NCBI RefSeq assembly: GCF_006345805.1
Contig: NW_021832995.1
Coordinates: 11,484 to 75,483, forward strand
Source: Octopus sinensis
Lineage: Eukaryota
Direction of reading: 5' to 3'
DNA: 64,000 nucleotides
Below, piece by piece: positions 51,451 through 64,000 of the stretch (the first letter of the stretch is position 1; every line of letters begins with the position of its first letter). A model generated the notes under the pieces. That model was not told the DNA's origin and did not search any database. It worked only from the letters and a program-made list of their open reading frames with translations. The translations under genes and the position numbers were made by a program.

Positions 51451-51900
51451 TTGTATACTGTCACTTAACGTGACACCACCGCTGTTTAGCCCTAGGAAGC
51501 ATCGAACGCTTTTGTCGGCTTTGACTCATTTTCTGTGTCCTTATATTTGTGAAGGGGAGGCAAGCACACCCACCAGCCAAGATTCACACCTGAGGACATG
51601 CATGTTTCGGGGTCTTAATAGATTTCACAGTAAATATATATATTTGTGAAGGCTAGACAGGCACCTCAGTCAGCAGATCTCACTATCCTGGGCTGATGAC
51701 GGGTTAAGACCCAGAAACACGCATGTCCTCAGGTGTGAATCTTGGCTGTTAGGGGTGCTTGCCTCCCCTTCACAAATATAAGAACACAGAAAATGTGTCA
51801 AAGCCGACAGGAAGCGTTCGATGCTTCCTAGGGCTAAACAACGGTAGTGTAATTCCCATACGGGACTGTCACGTTAAGGTGACAGTATACAACCACTCTA
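51443..51900 (+). mobile_element. Fold-back HHR-bearing element
   Basis: 51443-51618 is the reverse complement of 51704-51900. The inverted arm ends inside the ribozyme's stem II loop. Confidence 0.85.
51687..51733 (+). ncRNA. Type I hammerhead ribozyme
   Basis: Reads CCUGGG-CUGAUGA-CGGGU(UAAG)ACCCA-GAAA-CACGCAUG-UC-CUCAGG. The inverted partial copy preserves CCCCGAAACAUGCAUGUC, i.e. a palindromic stem III. Predicted cleavage is after C51727. Confidence 0.8.
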
Positions 51901-51965
51901 TCGCTCCACCACCGCTCATGTCTCTTGGAGACATTTAGAAATTTAATATTTCTGATATATATAAA

Positions 51966-53592
51966 CAGTTGCGGCCTAAATGTTCAGAACGGCATTGTTT
52001 TCGTCAGAAAAGTAGATATAAATTCTTATCAAAGTTGTTTTATATTCTATAATTTTCACAGACAATAAATACGATATTATTTGTTATTGCCTAAGATTTG
52101 ATTTTGGTGTAATTTGAGAGGATAAAACAAAAGTTATGGATGATTTAGTGATTTACTGCAAAACCCATGGCGGCCAAAATGATCAGAACGGTTGCTTTTA
52201 CTCCGTGCTTTAGTATATTTAACCGGCGAACTCTAATGTTTTGAATTTGTTTACGTGACGGTTCGTTTACTAAACATTAGTAAGAATATTTGCAGTGTAC
52301 TTTGTTAATATAATGCCACTTACTCCGTTACCAATTCGTCAGCAGATTATTAACCTTCAAAGGAAGGATAATTTAAGTATTGGATCTATTGTAAAGATTG
52401 TTAACAAGTCAAAAAGTGTTGTACACGGTATACTTAAGGTCTACGATGATTGTGGTTCGTGTGAAACAAGAAAGTTTACAGGTAGGCCAAGAAAAACGAC
52501 CAAGAGAGAAGATCGTGCTATGGTAAAAGTTGGTTAAAAAGATCAGATTTAAAACTGCTGTTTCTCGGAAAATGAGCATTGTATTGAAGAAAGATTTATC
52601 TCGAAAAACTGTGTCTCATCGTTTAGTTGAACATGACCTACAAGCAAGAGCACTTACAGTGAAGCCACTGATCAGCTCCAAGAATAAAAAGTGTCGTCTT
52701 ACCTTTGCAACCGAACATGTGTTGTGGTCTCAAGAAAAATGGCAAACGGTGCATTTCAGTGATGAATCTAATTTTATGCTATTTGACTCAGATGGGAAAA
52801 GGTACGTTCGCAGAAAAGTAGGTGAAAAATTGTAGCCAAAATGCCTTAAGACTAGTGTTAAATTCGGTGGAGGAGGTGTCATGGTTTGGGGAATGATATC
52901 TGGAGATGGTGTGGGCCCTTTGGTGCGATTACATGGAAAGTTAAATGCAGGAGTTTATAAACAACTTGTAAAAGATCATGCCTTGCCTGTGCTGAGAAAT
53001 TCAACTAAGCGACCACTCATATTCATGCAGGACAATGCCCCATGTCACAAAGCTAAGGTGGTCATGAACTTCCTCAAGGCTGAAAAGGTTATTGTTATGG
53101 ATTGGCCAGCTCAAACCCCAGATCTCAATCCTATTGAAAATGTGTGGAATATTCTAGGAGAACGTTCGAAAGCCAGAAATCCTAAAACAACTGAGCAATT
53201 ATGGAATGCCTTTCAGGAAGAATGGAATAAGATCACCCAGCAAGAAATTGAAAATTTAATTTCCTCATGCAGTCGAAGATGTCAGAGTGTGATTGAAGCT
53301 AAAGGGCTTCACACTAAATATTAAATAATTCCAGTATTCTCTATCATTTTTGATTATTTTGTTATTTTTTCAACCGTTCTGATTATTTTGGCCGCCATGG
53401 GTTTTGCAGTAAATCACTAAATCATCCATAACTTTTGTATTATCCTCTCAAATTACAACAAAATCTCAAACAATAACAATTAATATTGTATTTATTGTCT
53501 GTGAAAATTATAGAATATAAAACAACTTTGATAAAAACTTATCCTACTTTTCTGACAAAAACAATGCCGTTCTGAACATTTTGGCCCAACTG
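51966..53592 (+). mobile_element. Tc1 (DD34E) transposon, IR/DR type with ~225-bp TIRs
   Basis: CAGTTG...CAACTG termini. The direct repeat GGCC(T/A)AAATG(T/A)TCAGAACGG occurs at both ends of each TIR. Confidence 0.93.
52313..53324 (+). pseudogene. Tc1 transposase with a frameshift and a premature stop
   Basis: Motifs GRPRKTT, FSDES, VMVWG, QDNAPCH and PDLNPIENVW. Confidence 0.92.
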
Positions 53593-53631
53593 TATATATA
53601 TATATATATTATATATATATATATATATATA

Positions 53632-53895
53632 CTTGAGGAGCACTCAGAAATCTAGTGCTCGGTGTTAAACCAAAAACTCTCAATGAGCTGAAACAGAGCA
53701 TCATAAATGCATGACAAGATATTACGCCGCAGTTGCGCAAAAAACTAACTGTTTCAACCACTGAACGCTGACGTAAATGTTTACATTTTCAACATTTGTC
53801 TCGTTATTAGCGAAGTCTCATATAAAATCATTTTTTGTTTTAATCTTAAGATTAAATCGGTTTTTGATTTACTGTCAGGTGACTTTAGGCAAACC

Positions 53896-53898
<3 letters not shown>
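53632..53898 (+). mobile_element. 3' remnant of another Tc1/mariner-superfamily element
   Basis: KPKTLNELKQSIINA*QDITPQ resembles a transposase C-terminus. Ends ...AAACCCTA|TA. Confidence 0.55.
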
Positions 53899-53941
<43 letters not shown>

Positions 53942-53958
53942 TAAATACGAGAATTTAT

Positions 53959-54074
53959 TATTAATCACGATAATTGTTTCGATACATCTAGCATCGACCC
54001 CTCACGGATGGGACACTCAACAACTGGTTCAGGGGCATCCGGCGGTGTAGATGTGTTTCATCAGGTGACAAATA
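53959..54074 (-). ncRNA. Type I hammerhead motif with greatly extended stem II
   Basis: Reads UAUUUGUCAC-CUGAUGA-(AAC)ACAUCUA...UAGAUGUAUC-GAAA-CAAUUA-UC-GUGAUUAAUA, with about 77 nt between the core halves. Confidence 0.6.
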
Positions 54075-54121
54075 GACACAACTTGTTAAAATAACAGTTC
54101 TACTATGTATCTTCTTATTCT

Positions 54122-54169
<48 letters not shown>

Positions 54170-54177
54170 ATATATAT

Positions 54178-54553
54178 TCTTTTACTTGTTTCAGTCACTT
54201 GACTGTAGCCATGCAGGAGCACCGCCTTTAGTTGAAGAAATCGATCCCAGGATTTATTCTCTGTAAGTCTGGTACTTATTCTGTCGGTCTCTTTTGTTGA
54301 ACCGTTAAGCTACGGAGATGTAAACACACCAACATCGGTTGCCAAGCGATCGTGGGGGAAACAAAGACATCCCAATAAATACATATATATATATATGACC
54401 GGCTTCTTTCAGCTTCCGTCTACTAAATCCACGCACAAGGCTTTGGTCGGCCCGAGGCTATAGCAGAAGACACTTGCCCAAGGTGCCACGCAGTGGGATT
54501 GAATCTGGAACGATGTGGTTGGGAAGCAAGCTTCTTACCACACAGCCACTCCT
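54178..54553 (-). mobile_element. SINE family A
   Basis: Reverse-complement copy. Confidence 0.88.
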
Positions 54554-54701
54554 GAGAGAGAGGGGAGAGTGAGAGAGATTATTTGTCTCAGTCATTGCAC
54601 AGTGGCAATGCTGGGGCTTCGACTTAAAGTATTACTCGAACAAATCGAACACAAGATCCACGTTGGGAGTCTAACACAAACACACGCATATATATATATA
54701 T

Positions 54702-54766
<65 letters not shown>

Positions 54767-54863
54767 AGGTTAATCCAACAAGAAACACAAAAAAACACAG
54801 CAACGCGAGGACGTGGAACAAATAAAGTATTATTGGACGCTCAGGAAAGAAGGGAAGAAGGAG

Positions 54864-54899
54864 GTTTTAACGTTTCGAGCGGAGCTCTTCGTCGGAAAC
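54864..54899 (-). ncRNA. Minimal PLE-type hammerhead variant
   Basis: Reads GUUU-CCGACGA-A-GAGC(UCC)GCUC-GAAAC-GUU-AAAAC. Confidence 0.6.
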
Positions 54900-55356
54900 A
54901 TAGGAGAAGGAAAGATCCCGAGAAGGGAAAACAGAAGAAAAAAAATCGCTGGCGGTACTCACGAGGTCACATATTGAAAGACCGAAAGTTGAAAGGTGGA
55001 AGAATAATGTTTTTTAAAGACAGGTCAAAAACAAAGAGGTATGTGTGTGTGCGTGTATGTATATGTATCGTGTGTGTGTTTTGTTTGTAGTGTGTGTGTG
55101 TGTGTATGTGTGTGTTCGTGTCTGTATGCGTAGAGTTTGGGTGTGTGGCGAGTAACTGTGCTTAACTTAGTGTATGTGTGCGTGTGTGTGTATATATATG
55201 TATGTATAATTGTGTGCCGTGTGTATGGGATTATGTGTGGGTTCATTTATGTGTGTGTGTGTATGTATATGCGTGTAGTTGTGTGTGCGTGTATGTGTGC
55301 GTTTGTATGTGTGTGCGTGTACGTATGTGTATGTGTGCGTGCGCGTGTAGGTATAT

Positions 55357-55583
55357 TGTTGTAGAGCTGACATTGTTGTAGAGCTGAAAAAGAAGTAATT
55401 TCTACTCTTCTCCTCTGCAATACCAGAGGGCGCACACTCTCCCACCCTGATGTAATCTCCAGGGATACAGGCATCCAGCAACAGGACCTCCGTAATGCTA
55501 TGATGGACCGTGAAGTCTGGCGTAACATAGTAAATTCCATTGTCTCGACCACGGTCGAACAATGATGATGATGATGATGGTGA
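55357..55583 (+). mobile_element. 3' end of an RTE-type LINE with 11-bp TSD
   Basis: RGRTLSHPDVISRDTGIQQQDLRNAMMDREVWRNIV..* followed by a (GAT)n tail. TGTAGGTATAT occurs at 55346-55356 and 55584-55594. Confidence 0.8.
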
Positions 55584-55914
55584 TGTAGGTATATATTTTG
55601 TGTATGTATATGTGTCGGTGTGTATGTGAATTTGTGTGTGTTTGTACGTGTGTATGTGTGTGTGCGTGTATAGTATATATATGTAAATGTGTGTGTACGT
55701 GCGTGCGAGTGAATGTATGTATATATGTGCGTGTGTGTACAAATGTAGAGGTTTATATGTGTGTTTATATGTTTATATGTGTGTATATATATATGTATGC
55801 AAGCACACACTTTATAATTGAAAGATTGATGGAAAAAAAATTGGTGTGGGTGTATGTGAATCCACAGGCACATACATACACACACTGACACACGCCTGCA
55901 ATACAGCCAACCCC

Positions 55915-55949
<35 letters not shown>

Positions 55950-56769
55950 TGTGTGTGTGTGTATGTGTGTGTGTATGTATGTATGTGTGTATGTATGTAT
56001 GTATGTATGTATGTATGTATGTGTGTGTATGTGTGTACGTGTGTATGTATGTATGTGTGTATGTGTGTAAGTGTGTGTGTGTATGTATGTATGTATGTAT
56101 GTATGTATGTATGTGTGTGTTGTATGTATGTGTATGTATGTATGTATGTATGTATGTATGTGTGTGTGTGTGCGTGTATATGTATATGTGTGTATGTGTG
56201 TATGTATGTATGTATATATGTATGTATGTATGTGTGTATGTATGTGTGTGTATGTATGTATTTGTGTATGTATGTATGTATGTGTGTATGTAAGTATGTG
56301 TGTATATATGTGTGTATGTATGTATATGTGTGTGTATGTGTGTATGTGTGTGTATGTGTGTGTATGTATGTATGAATGAATGTATGTGTGTGTACGTATG
56401 TATGTGTGTGTGAATGTATGCGTGGGGGGGTTCTGGAGTTGTGTGCGTGCTTGTGTGCGTGTGTGCGCTTACGTGCGTGTATGTGTGTGTCTCTCTGCTA
56501 GGTGTTTATAAGAGTGTGCGTATCTGTATGAGTGTTGTTTGCTGGTGTGTGTGTGCACGGGCATGTGTGTGTGTGCGCGTGGGTGTGTGTGGGGGTGTAT
56601 AAGTGTGGAAGTATGTGTGCGTACATGTGCATGTAGGTTGTAAGTGTGTGGTGTGTTGGAAGTAGGTGTGTTCGTGGATACGTGAGTATGTGTGTGTGTG
56701 TGTAACTGTATAAGGACAAAATATTTTTTTTAAAAGTCGCTAGTGGGGAGAGGTGGAGCGCAGTCACTA

Positions 56770-57480
56770 AGAGGAGGGGTCTGTGTTGAGTCCGTGTGGG
56801 GTATTGGTCTGTAGAGTGAAAATGAAACGTTGCTCCAAGTGAAGCCTGGATTGTGGAGGACCGTTGTGTGGGGCGAGACCAAACACAGATGTCATCGGGG
56901 GAATGGCTGGCCGAGCGGAAGTGACGTGCGACGGGAGAATTGGACCGTAGACCCAAATCCCTTAGATGTTCGGCGAATCGGTCTAACAACCGGCGTCCCG
57001 TCTGTCCTATATACAGCATTCCGCAGAGGTTGCATTTAATGCAGTATATGAGACTAGACGAAGTACACGTAAAAGAATGTCTAATAAGTACAGTTCGCTG
57101 GTTGGAACCGGTGACAGCAGTGGTGTTGGTGATGAAGGGGCAGGTGTTGCAGCGGGATCTGGAGCACGGGAAGGAACTGTGTGGGGCTGAGGGGGAAGAA
57201 GAGAGGGTGCTACGGACCAGGATGTCGCGTAGATTCCGGGCTCAATTGAAGGAGGACAGGGGTGGGTTGGGGAAAATGGGGCGGGTCGTGAGATCGAGCT
57301 GGAGACGACGGAAGGCACGTAGTATCTTCCGACGATGGGGTAGAGTAGAGGGGTGGAAAAGGAGGGGAAAGGGGGTGCCGTTGGGGAGGTGAGAGGAAGG
57401 AGAAAGGGCGGTGGTGCGGGCGAGGGCGTTCAAGACCAGGGTAGGTGGGTATCCTCGATGCCTGAACAGGCGGGCCAGAT
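56770..57480 (-). pseudogene. PLE ORF C-terminus: RT thumb, linker and GIY-YIG endonuclease (frameshifted)
   Basis: FRHRGYP ... FTCTSSSLIYCIKCNLCGMLYIGQTGRRLLDRFAEHLRD..PVARHF. Confidence 0.88.
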
Positions 57481-58344
57481 ATTGAGATATATATATATAT
57501 GCATGCATACGTTTTTGTTTGGTTATCCTTCATTCATTTCTTTGAGCCCTTTTATCATTCATTCTTCCATCTCTCATTCCTATCATCACTCTTTTCTTTC
57601 TTCTGGAAATTATTTCAGCTTTTAGCTTTCATTCTTTCATCTTTAATTCCCATCATCTTTCGTTTCTTTTATCTGTTGATTATCTTTCATTCGTTTCATC
57701 CTTTGTTCCTTTTATCCTTCATTTATTTTAAATTTCATTCCTTTTATCTTTCATTCCATTTATTTGAATTTATTTGAACTTTGATTCATTTCATCTTTTC
57801 TTTATTTTCCTTCGTTGTTTTTTAACTTTCATTCCTTTTATTCTTCTTCCTTTTATCTTTCATGTCTTTTTATCCTCCCTTCTTTTTTTGTTTTTCATTC
57901 CTTTCCTCTTTCATTTCTTTTATCTTACATTCATTCTTTCGTTTCATCCCCCATTCACTTATCTCTTTTGATTTTTCAGTGATTTTATTCCACCAAGCGA
58001 AGGCAGTTTTTATCATTCCGTCACTAACAGTTCTTCAACTGTTGTCAACGAAGTGTTGCTGTGACGATGCTGGGGATGATGTCGGGGTGACTGGAAATAG
58101 GAAGAGGGGTTCTTGTTTGGTCCCAGGTCAGCCTTTCTACAATAGATTTATTATAAGCGATATTCCAACCATCATCTTCCATACTTTTTTTTTCTTTCTC
58201 ATTTTTTCTTTCATTTTCCAACATCACCTTCCAGTTTTTAAAGACGGTTGTGAAGGAGACTTAGCTACTATTTCTAGCAGGCTAAACGGCCTTGTAGAAG
58301 TTCTCTTCTGATTATAACCAGGACGGTGAAATAAGTACCAGTTA

Positions 58345-58900
58345 CATATTCCATGTAAACCCCTCTTCTACTTCACGTAAAACCCTTTTTTACTCCATGC
58401 AAATCCCTTTTCTACTCCATGATTATGCTCTTTATATTCCATGCAATATACTCCATGATTATGCTCTTTATATTCCAAGTAAATCCCTTTTTATTCCATG
58501 AATAGACTTATTTTATTCAGGATAGCTCCATTTTATTCGATGCAAATCCCTTTTTACTGAATAAGGATTCTCTTTTGCTCCCTGTTTATCCTCGTTTTAT
58601 TCAACGTAAACTCTTTTCACCCATGTTAATCTTCGTAAGTGCCCTTTTTACTCCATGAAAATCCCATGTCACTCCATGTATGTCCTATTATTACTCCATG
58701 TAATCCTCTTTTTATTCAACATAAAACCCCTTTTTTATTTTTTCATGTGTCCTTTTATTCCATAAGAATCCTTTTGCTACATTTTGTAGCTTCCCATTTG
58801 CCCCTAATAAGATGTTTCTTTTCTCCATATAAACATTTTTTACTGATGTGAATGTATTTTGCCTTATATAAACCCCTTACTCAATGCAAATCATCTTTCG
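58345..58900. repeat. Degenerate ~21-bp minisatellite
   Basis: Recurrent TTTTA(C/T)TCCATG(T/C)AAA(T/C)CCC units. Confidence 0.75.
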
Positions 58901-59138
58901 ATTCGAAATAAGCCCTATTTTAACCGATTAAAATGCCTCTCCCTAGTTTTTTGTTGTTGTTTGTTTTCCTTTTATATCTGGATCCTTAAAGAAATCCAAA
59001 TTATTTTTATAAAGGCGCATACAATTATATTTCACACGCTCCTGTGCACTCAGACCTAGAAAGATTTTCGCTGCGGAATTAGTCTCCAGAGAGAGATTCT
59101 CTTTATGGACACTGCATGTAAATAAAAAAGAACACAAC

Positions 59139-59228
59139 ACTGAGCTATGAAAGACGTCATCAGACCGTAGAACACTGTGTTTCAGCGTCGTTACGCTTCA
59201 TCAGACAGCGAATTCATCGTTCACAGTC
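59139..59228 (-). ncRNA. Hammerhead-like motif with extended stem I
   Basis: Reads GCUGU-CUGAUGA-AGCGU(AACG)ACGCU-GAAA-CAC(A)GUG-UU-CU-ACGGU. There are two extra nucleotides at the cleavage junction. Confidence 0.55.
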
Positions 59229-59266
59229 AACTAAGAACTCTCGTTCTTATATTTAAACAGCAGAAA

Positions 59267-59568
<302 letters not shown>

Positions 59569-59594
59569 GGTGGTGATAGTGGTACTACTACTAT

Positions 59595-59770
59595 TGTTGT
59601 TCGTGAGTTCAAATTGCATCGGGGTCGACTTTGCCTTTCATCCTTTTGGAGTCGATAAAATGTGTAGCAGTTGGATAACGAGATCGATGTAATCGATTAT
59701 CCGGCCCTCCCAAGAATGCCAGGTCTTGTGCCTATAGTAGAAAGGATTATTATTATTACTATTATTATTA

Positions 59771-59821
<51 letters not shown>

Positions 59822-60010
59822 TATTATTATTTATTACTACTACTACTACTATCATTATCATTATTGTTGTTGTTGTTGTCGAGGCGACGAGCTGGCAAAA
59901 TAGTTACAATGCCGGGCAAAATGCTTTTCGGCATTTCTCACGTCTCTACGTTCACAGTTCGAATTCCGCCGAGGTCGAATTTACCTTTCATCCTTTCGGG
60001 GTCGATATAA
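59595..60010 (+). mobile_element. Two SINE family B copies separated by (ATT)n
   Basis: GGTCGACTTTGCCTTTCATCC cores and a GGCGACGAGCTGGCA head. Confidence 0.8.
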
Positions 60011-60274
60011 TTATTATTATCCTTTTTTCTCTTTTTGTTTGTTTTGTTGTTGTTTTTTGTTGTTTTTGTGGATTTTTTTTTTTTTGTTTTTGCTTATAGT
60101 GATAGATTAGAATCATTAAAGAGTCGACAAAATTCTTTTGCTGTCGTATTTCTTTCGATCCTTCACGTATTGAGTTCAAATCTCACAGGCATCCAACTTT
60201 CATTCGTTTAAATTTATCGATACCTCCCAAGATCGATATAATGAAGTACCAACCAAGTGCTAGAGTCTATATAT

Positions 60275-60308
<34 letters not shown>

Positions 60309-60919
60309 ATATATATATATATAATTTATCCAAAAGGGAAACAAAAAAACAACAACAACAGGAACAATTACAGTATTATTATTAAGGCGCTCAAGAGAGG
60401 AAAATATTATATATCAGCTCCAAACTTTCCAAGCTTTGCGCTTTTGTTAGAAGCAATTCTTTACTAGGTCTTTCAATCATCTATACTTCCTTTCTACCAA
60501 TCCCATCTCGAATTCTTCAAAAATCCCGTCTCATCCGCTTTTCACCTCTTCCCATATATTTAATCTTTCACGCTCTCATTCCTCCACAATACCATTTCGC
60601 GTTCTTCTACGCATCTTTTAGTCTCTTTCAATTCTTATACCTTTCATCTTTCCTCCCTCCACCCCATCAATCTTACTCCATCACAATAGTATTTTAAACG
60701 ACCCTTCCCTTCTCTCTCTCCCATTCTTTTTATTCTCCCAACACATCCTTGCCCATCACTTCCTACTCTTCTCTCTCTTCCTCTCTCATTTGTCATTCTT
60801 TCTCTCCAGAGATCCCTAAACCATTCCAACAACCCCATTTCAAAATTCTATATCATCTGTCCGTTCTTTTTCTTTGCCTGTGTCTAACTCTGCGCTCACG
60901 GCGTCACAACTTCAGTCTG

Positions 60920-60992
<73 letters not shown>

Positions 60993-61067
60993 ATATATAT
61001 ATATATATCAATCAGTTATCTATCTATCTATCAGTCAGTTATCTATCTATCTATCTATCTATCTATC

Positions 61068-61136
<69 letters not shown>

Positions 61137-62856
61137 GCAATTATCTGTCTATCGAACTAATTAATTAACAGTCTATCTATTTATCAGTCTGCCAGTCTAT
61201 CAAGCCTTGTATATATTAACTGTCTATCTACCCCATCTCTCCCCATATACGTGTGTACGTATATATGTGAATGTATGTATGTATGTATGTGTTTGTGTGT
61301 GTGCCTGTCTAATTGTTTACATGCCTATCTATAAATTCATCCATCCGTCTATCTGCCTGATTATATATTTACTAATATATTTTATCTATCTGTTCATGTA
61401 TCTGTTTATCTATCTATTTACCTGACTGGTTATCTAAGCGTCAACTTGTCGGTATATTCCTCATCTATCTGCTAACCTATCTATTTGTCTATCGATATAC
61501 TCATATCTACGTCTGTTACTCTCTGTCAACCAGACATACATACGTGTGTGTGTATTGTGTGTGTGTATTGTGTGTGGTGTGTGTGTGTGTGTTGTGTGTG
61601 TTTAAGTACTAAGTTGTGGCTTCTTATTCTGGCGGAATACCAGATTAGTTCTCTGACCTTACAAATCACGACACACCACTCACACACACTCACACACACT
61701 CACACACACTCACACACACTCACACACACTCACACACACTCACACACACTCACACACTCACACAATAAACATGTATGTGCGTCTTTGCGTAGTGCATGGA
61801 TGGATCTACGTGTGTGTTTGTATGTGTGTGTGTGTATACATATGTATGCATGTATATTTATGTTCCATGGGTATATGTATCTGTGTAAATATGCCAGTGT
61901 ATGTATCTATCTACGTACAGACACAGATACATACATACACATATATACATACATATATACATAAAATATATATACACACATGCATGTATACATACAACCG
62001 TGCATACATGCATAAATACATACATGCATACATACATGCATACATACATACACACATAGATGCATGCATACATACATACATACATACATACATGCATGCA
62101 TACATACATAGATGTATGCATACATGCATACATGCATGCATGCATACATACACACACACACACACATACATATACACATAGAATCATACACATAGGAGAC
62201 TCTGGCAGCGCTATCTGTCTGCTGCCTCTGTGATCCTTCCAATGTTCTGGTTAGCGCTATTCCTCCTTTAGACCATTCCTCTACTCTCTCACTCCACACA
62301 AGATGTCAACAACCTCTATCTATCTACATCTTCACTCAAAGACAAATAGCAAATCTGCCAAAAAATATAAAATGTATAAAAGCAGCCCGGTTATATGTTT
62401 GTGAATGTATGTATGTATGTATGTATGTATGTATGTATGTATGTATGTATGTATGTATGTATGTATGTTTGTGGATGTATGTAGTATGTATGTATTGTAT
62501 GTGTGTGTGTATGTATGTATGTATGTATGTATTGTATGTATGTATGTATGTATGTATGTATGTATGTATGTATGTATGTATGTATGTTTGTGGATGTATG
62601 TATGTATGTATGTATGTATGTGGATGTATGTATGTATGTATGTATGTATGTATGTATGTATGTATGAAGCAATGTGTTCGTACCTGTGTATCTAGGTATC
62701 TAGGTACTTTTGTATGTATACAAATATGTGCGAGTGCCTATATATATATTTATATATATAGAGAGAGAGAGTATATATATACATATATATATATATAGTA
62801 TATTATATATATATATATATATGCATGTGTAGATGTTATATGTATGCATAGATAAT

Positions 62857-63190
62857 ACTCTTTACTCTTTTAATCTTTTACTTGTTTTAGTCATTTGACT
62901 GCGGCCATGCTAGAGCAAATCGACCCTAGGTCATATTCTTTGGAAGCCTTGTACATCGGTTGTCAAGCGATGTTGGGGTGACAAACACAGACACACAAAC
63001 ACACACACACACACACACACATATACGACGGGCTTCTTTCAGTTTCTGTCTACCAAATCCACTCACAAGGCTTTGGTCAGCGCAAGACTATAGTAGAAGA
63101 CACTTGACCAAGGTACCACGCAGTGGGACTGAACCCGGAACCATGTATTTGGTAAGCAAGCTACTTACCACACAGCCACTCCCACGCCTA
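62857..63190 (-). mobile_element. SINE family A
   Basis: Reverse-complement copy with deletions. Confidence 0.88.
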
Positions 63191-63635
63191 TATATTTGTG
63201 TATATATAATGTATGTATGTACGTACACACATACGCAAGTATATACATATATATAGATAGAATGGCTGCTGTCCAGTGATTAGAACAAAAGAGTGTGCAT
63301 ATTATGGCTTTATCTCTATGAGTGCACGCAGGCGCGCTTGTAGGTGTAATTAAACTGGACTACTGGACTGCATAATGCTGTCTCTGACATTGAAAGAACT
63401 CAGTAGGTTTATTGAGAAAAGACAGATTGGAAATATCGTGAGGTTCAATACATCGTGGTCAACAGAAGTTTCATCCCGGGGTACGTACTTACACATAAAT
63501 AAATGCACAAATACACACACACACGCAAGTATATATAAACAATATCGAATATTTGAATATATATAGGATTGTTTGTTTGTAGAAATACATGAATCCGGAG
63601 GAGAAGCACACTCTAAGATGTTGTACCGTTAATAG

Positions 63636-63735
63636 TATAGTGGGGTAAGCCGGTTTATGGGGTTACCCTGGATTTCTTGTTCATAAGGGGTTTAGCCTTA
63701 CGTCGTAATCCCCATAAACCGGCCTCCCCACTATA
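63636..63735. repeat. Short fold-back (~27-bp arms)
   Basis: TATAGTGGGGTAAGCCGGTTTATGGGG pairs with CCCCATAAACCGGCCTCCCCACTATA. Confidence 0.8.
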
Positions 63736-63737
63736 AG

Positions 63738-63786
<49 letters not shown>

Positions 63787-63807
63787 TGTGTGTGTGTGTG
63801 TGTGTGT

Positions 63808-64000
63808 ATACCGGAGTATACATAAATGTGAAACAAGGTGCAAAAATAGTACTCGAATACCGGAGATAGAGTAATATGCCTTATTAACAAAGCGGCAAAG
63901 ACACCACAAAAACTGTTACTCAGAGTTTCTTTCTCCGTTCCCTTTCGTCGGAAATAAGGTTGTATGTATTCTTACACATATAATGAACGGGAAAGTGAAA
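63808..64000 (-). mobile_element. PLE-like terminal fragment with decayed HHR (same family as 35655-35872)
   Basis: CCGACGA...GAAACUCUGAGUAACAG, plus a shared 3' end ...CACCTTGTTTCACATTTATGT..ACTCCGGTATA. Confidence 0.7.

Larger units (their letters stand above)
54762..57480 (-). mobile_element. 5'-truncated Penelope-like element with microsatellite-expanded 3' UTR
   Basis: GIY-YIG coding region at 56770-57480, then a long (CA/TACA)n tract, then an HHR-bearing terminus on the same strand. Linking the parts into one element is inference. Confidence 0.65.

Noticed and set aside
58345-58900. CRISPR-like periodicity
   Set aside because: Degenerate tandem units without unique spacers, in a eukaryotic context with no cas genes.

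Overview
AT-rich, microsatellite-saturated animal genomic DNA. The repeat families and the (TA)n/(GTAT)n/(GATA)n load suggest an octopus-type cephalopod (inference). I found no supportable host protein-coding exon; almost all listed ORFs are translated simple repeats. The window is a mosaic of three tRNA-derived SINE families, four to five CR1/L2-group LINE copies, RTE and L1/Tx1 3' ends, several Tc1/mariner-superfamily elements, nested MITEs, and Penelope-like element (PLE) remnants. The most striking signal is about a dozen type I hammerhead ribozyme (HHR) or HHR-like motifs from several unrelated sequence families. Two of them (386-430 and 51687-51733) have an intact catalytic core and cap long G-U-rich rods. 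Many sit in fold-back palindromes inserted in microsatellites, and one lies in a ~308-nt direct repeat resembling a non-LTR retrozyme. All folds were done by eye.
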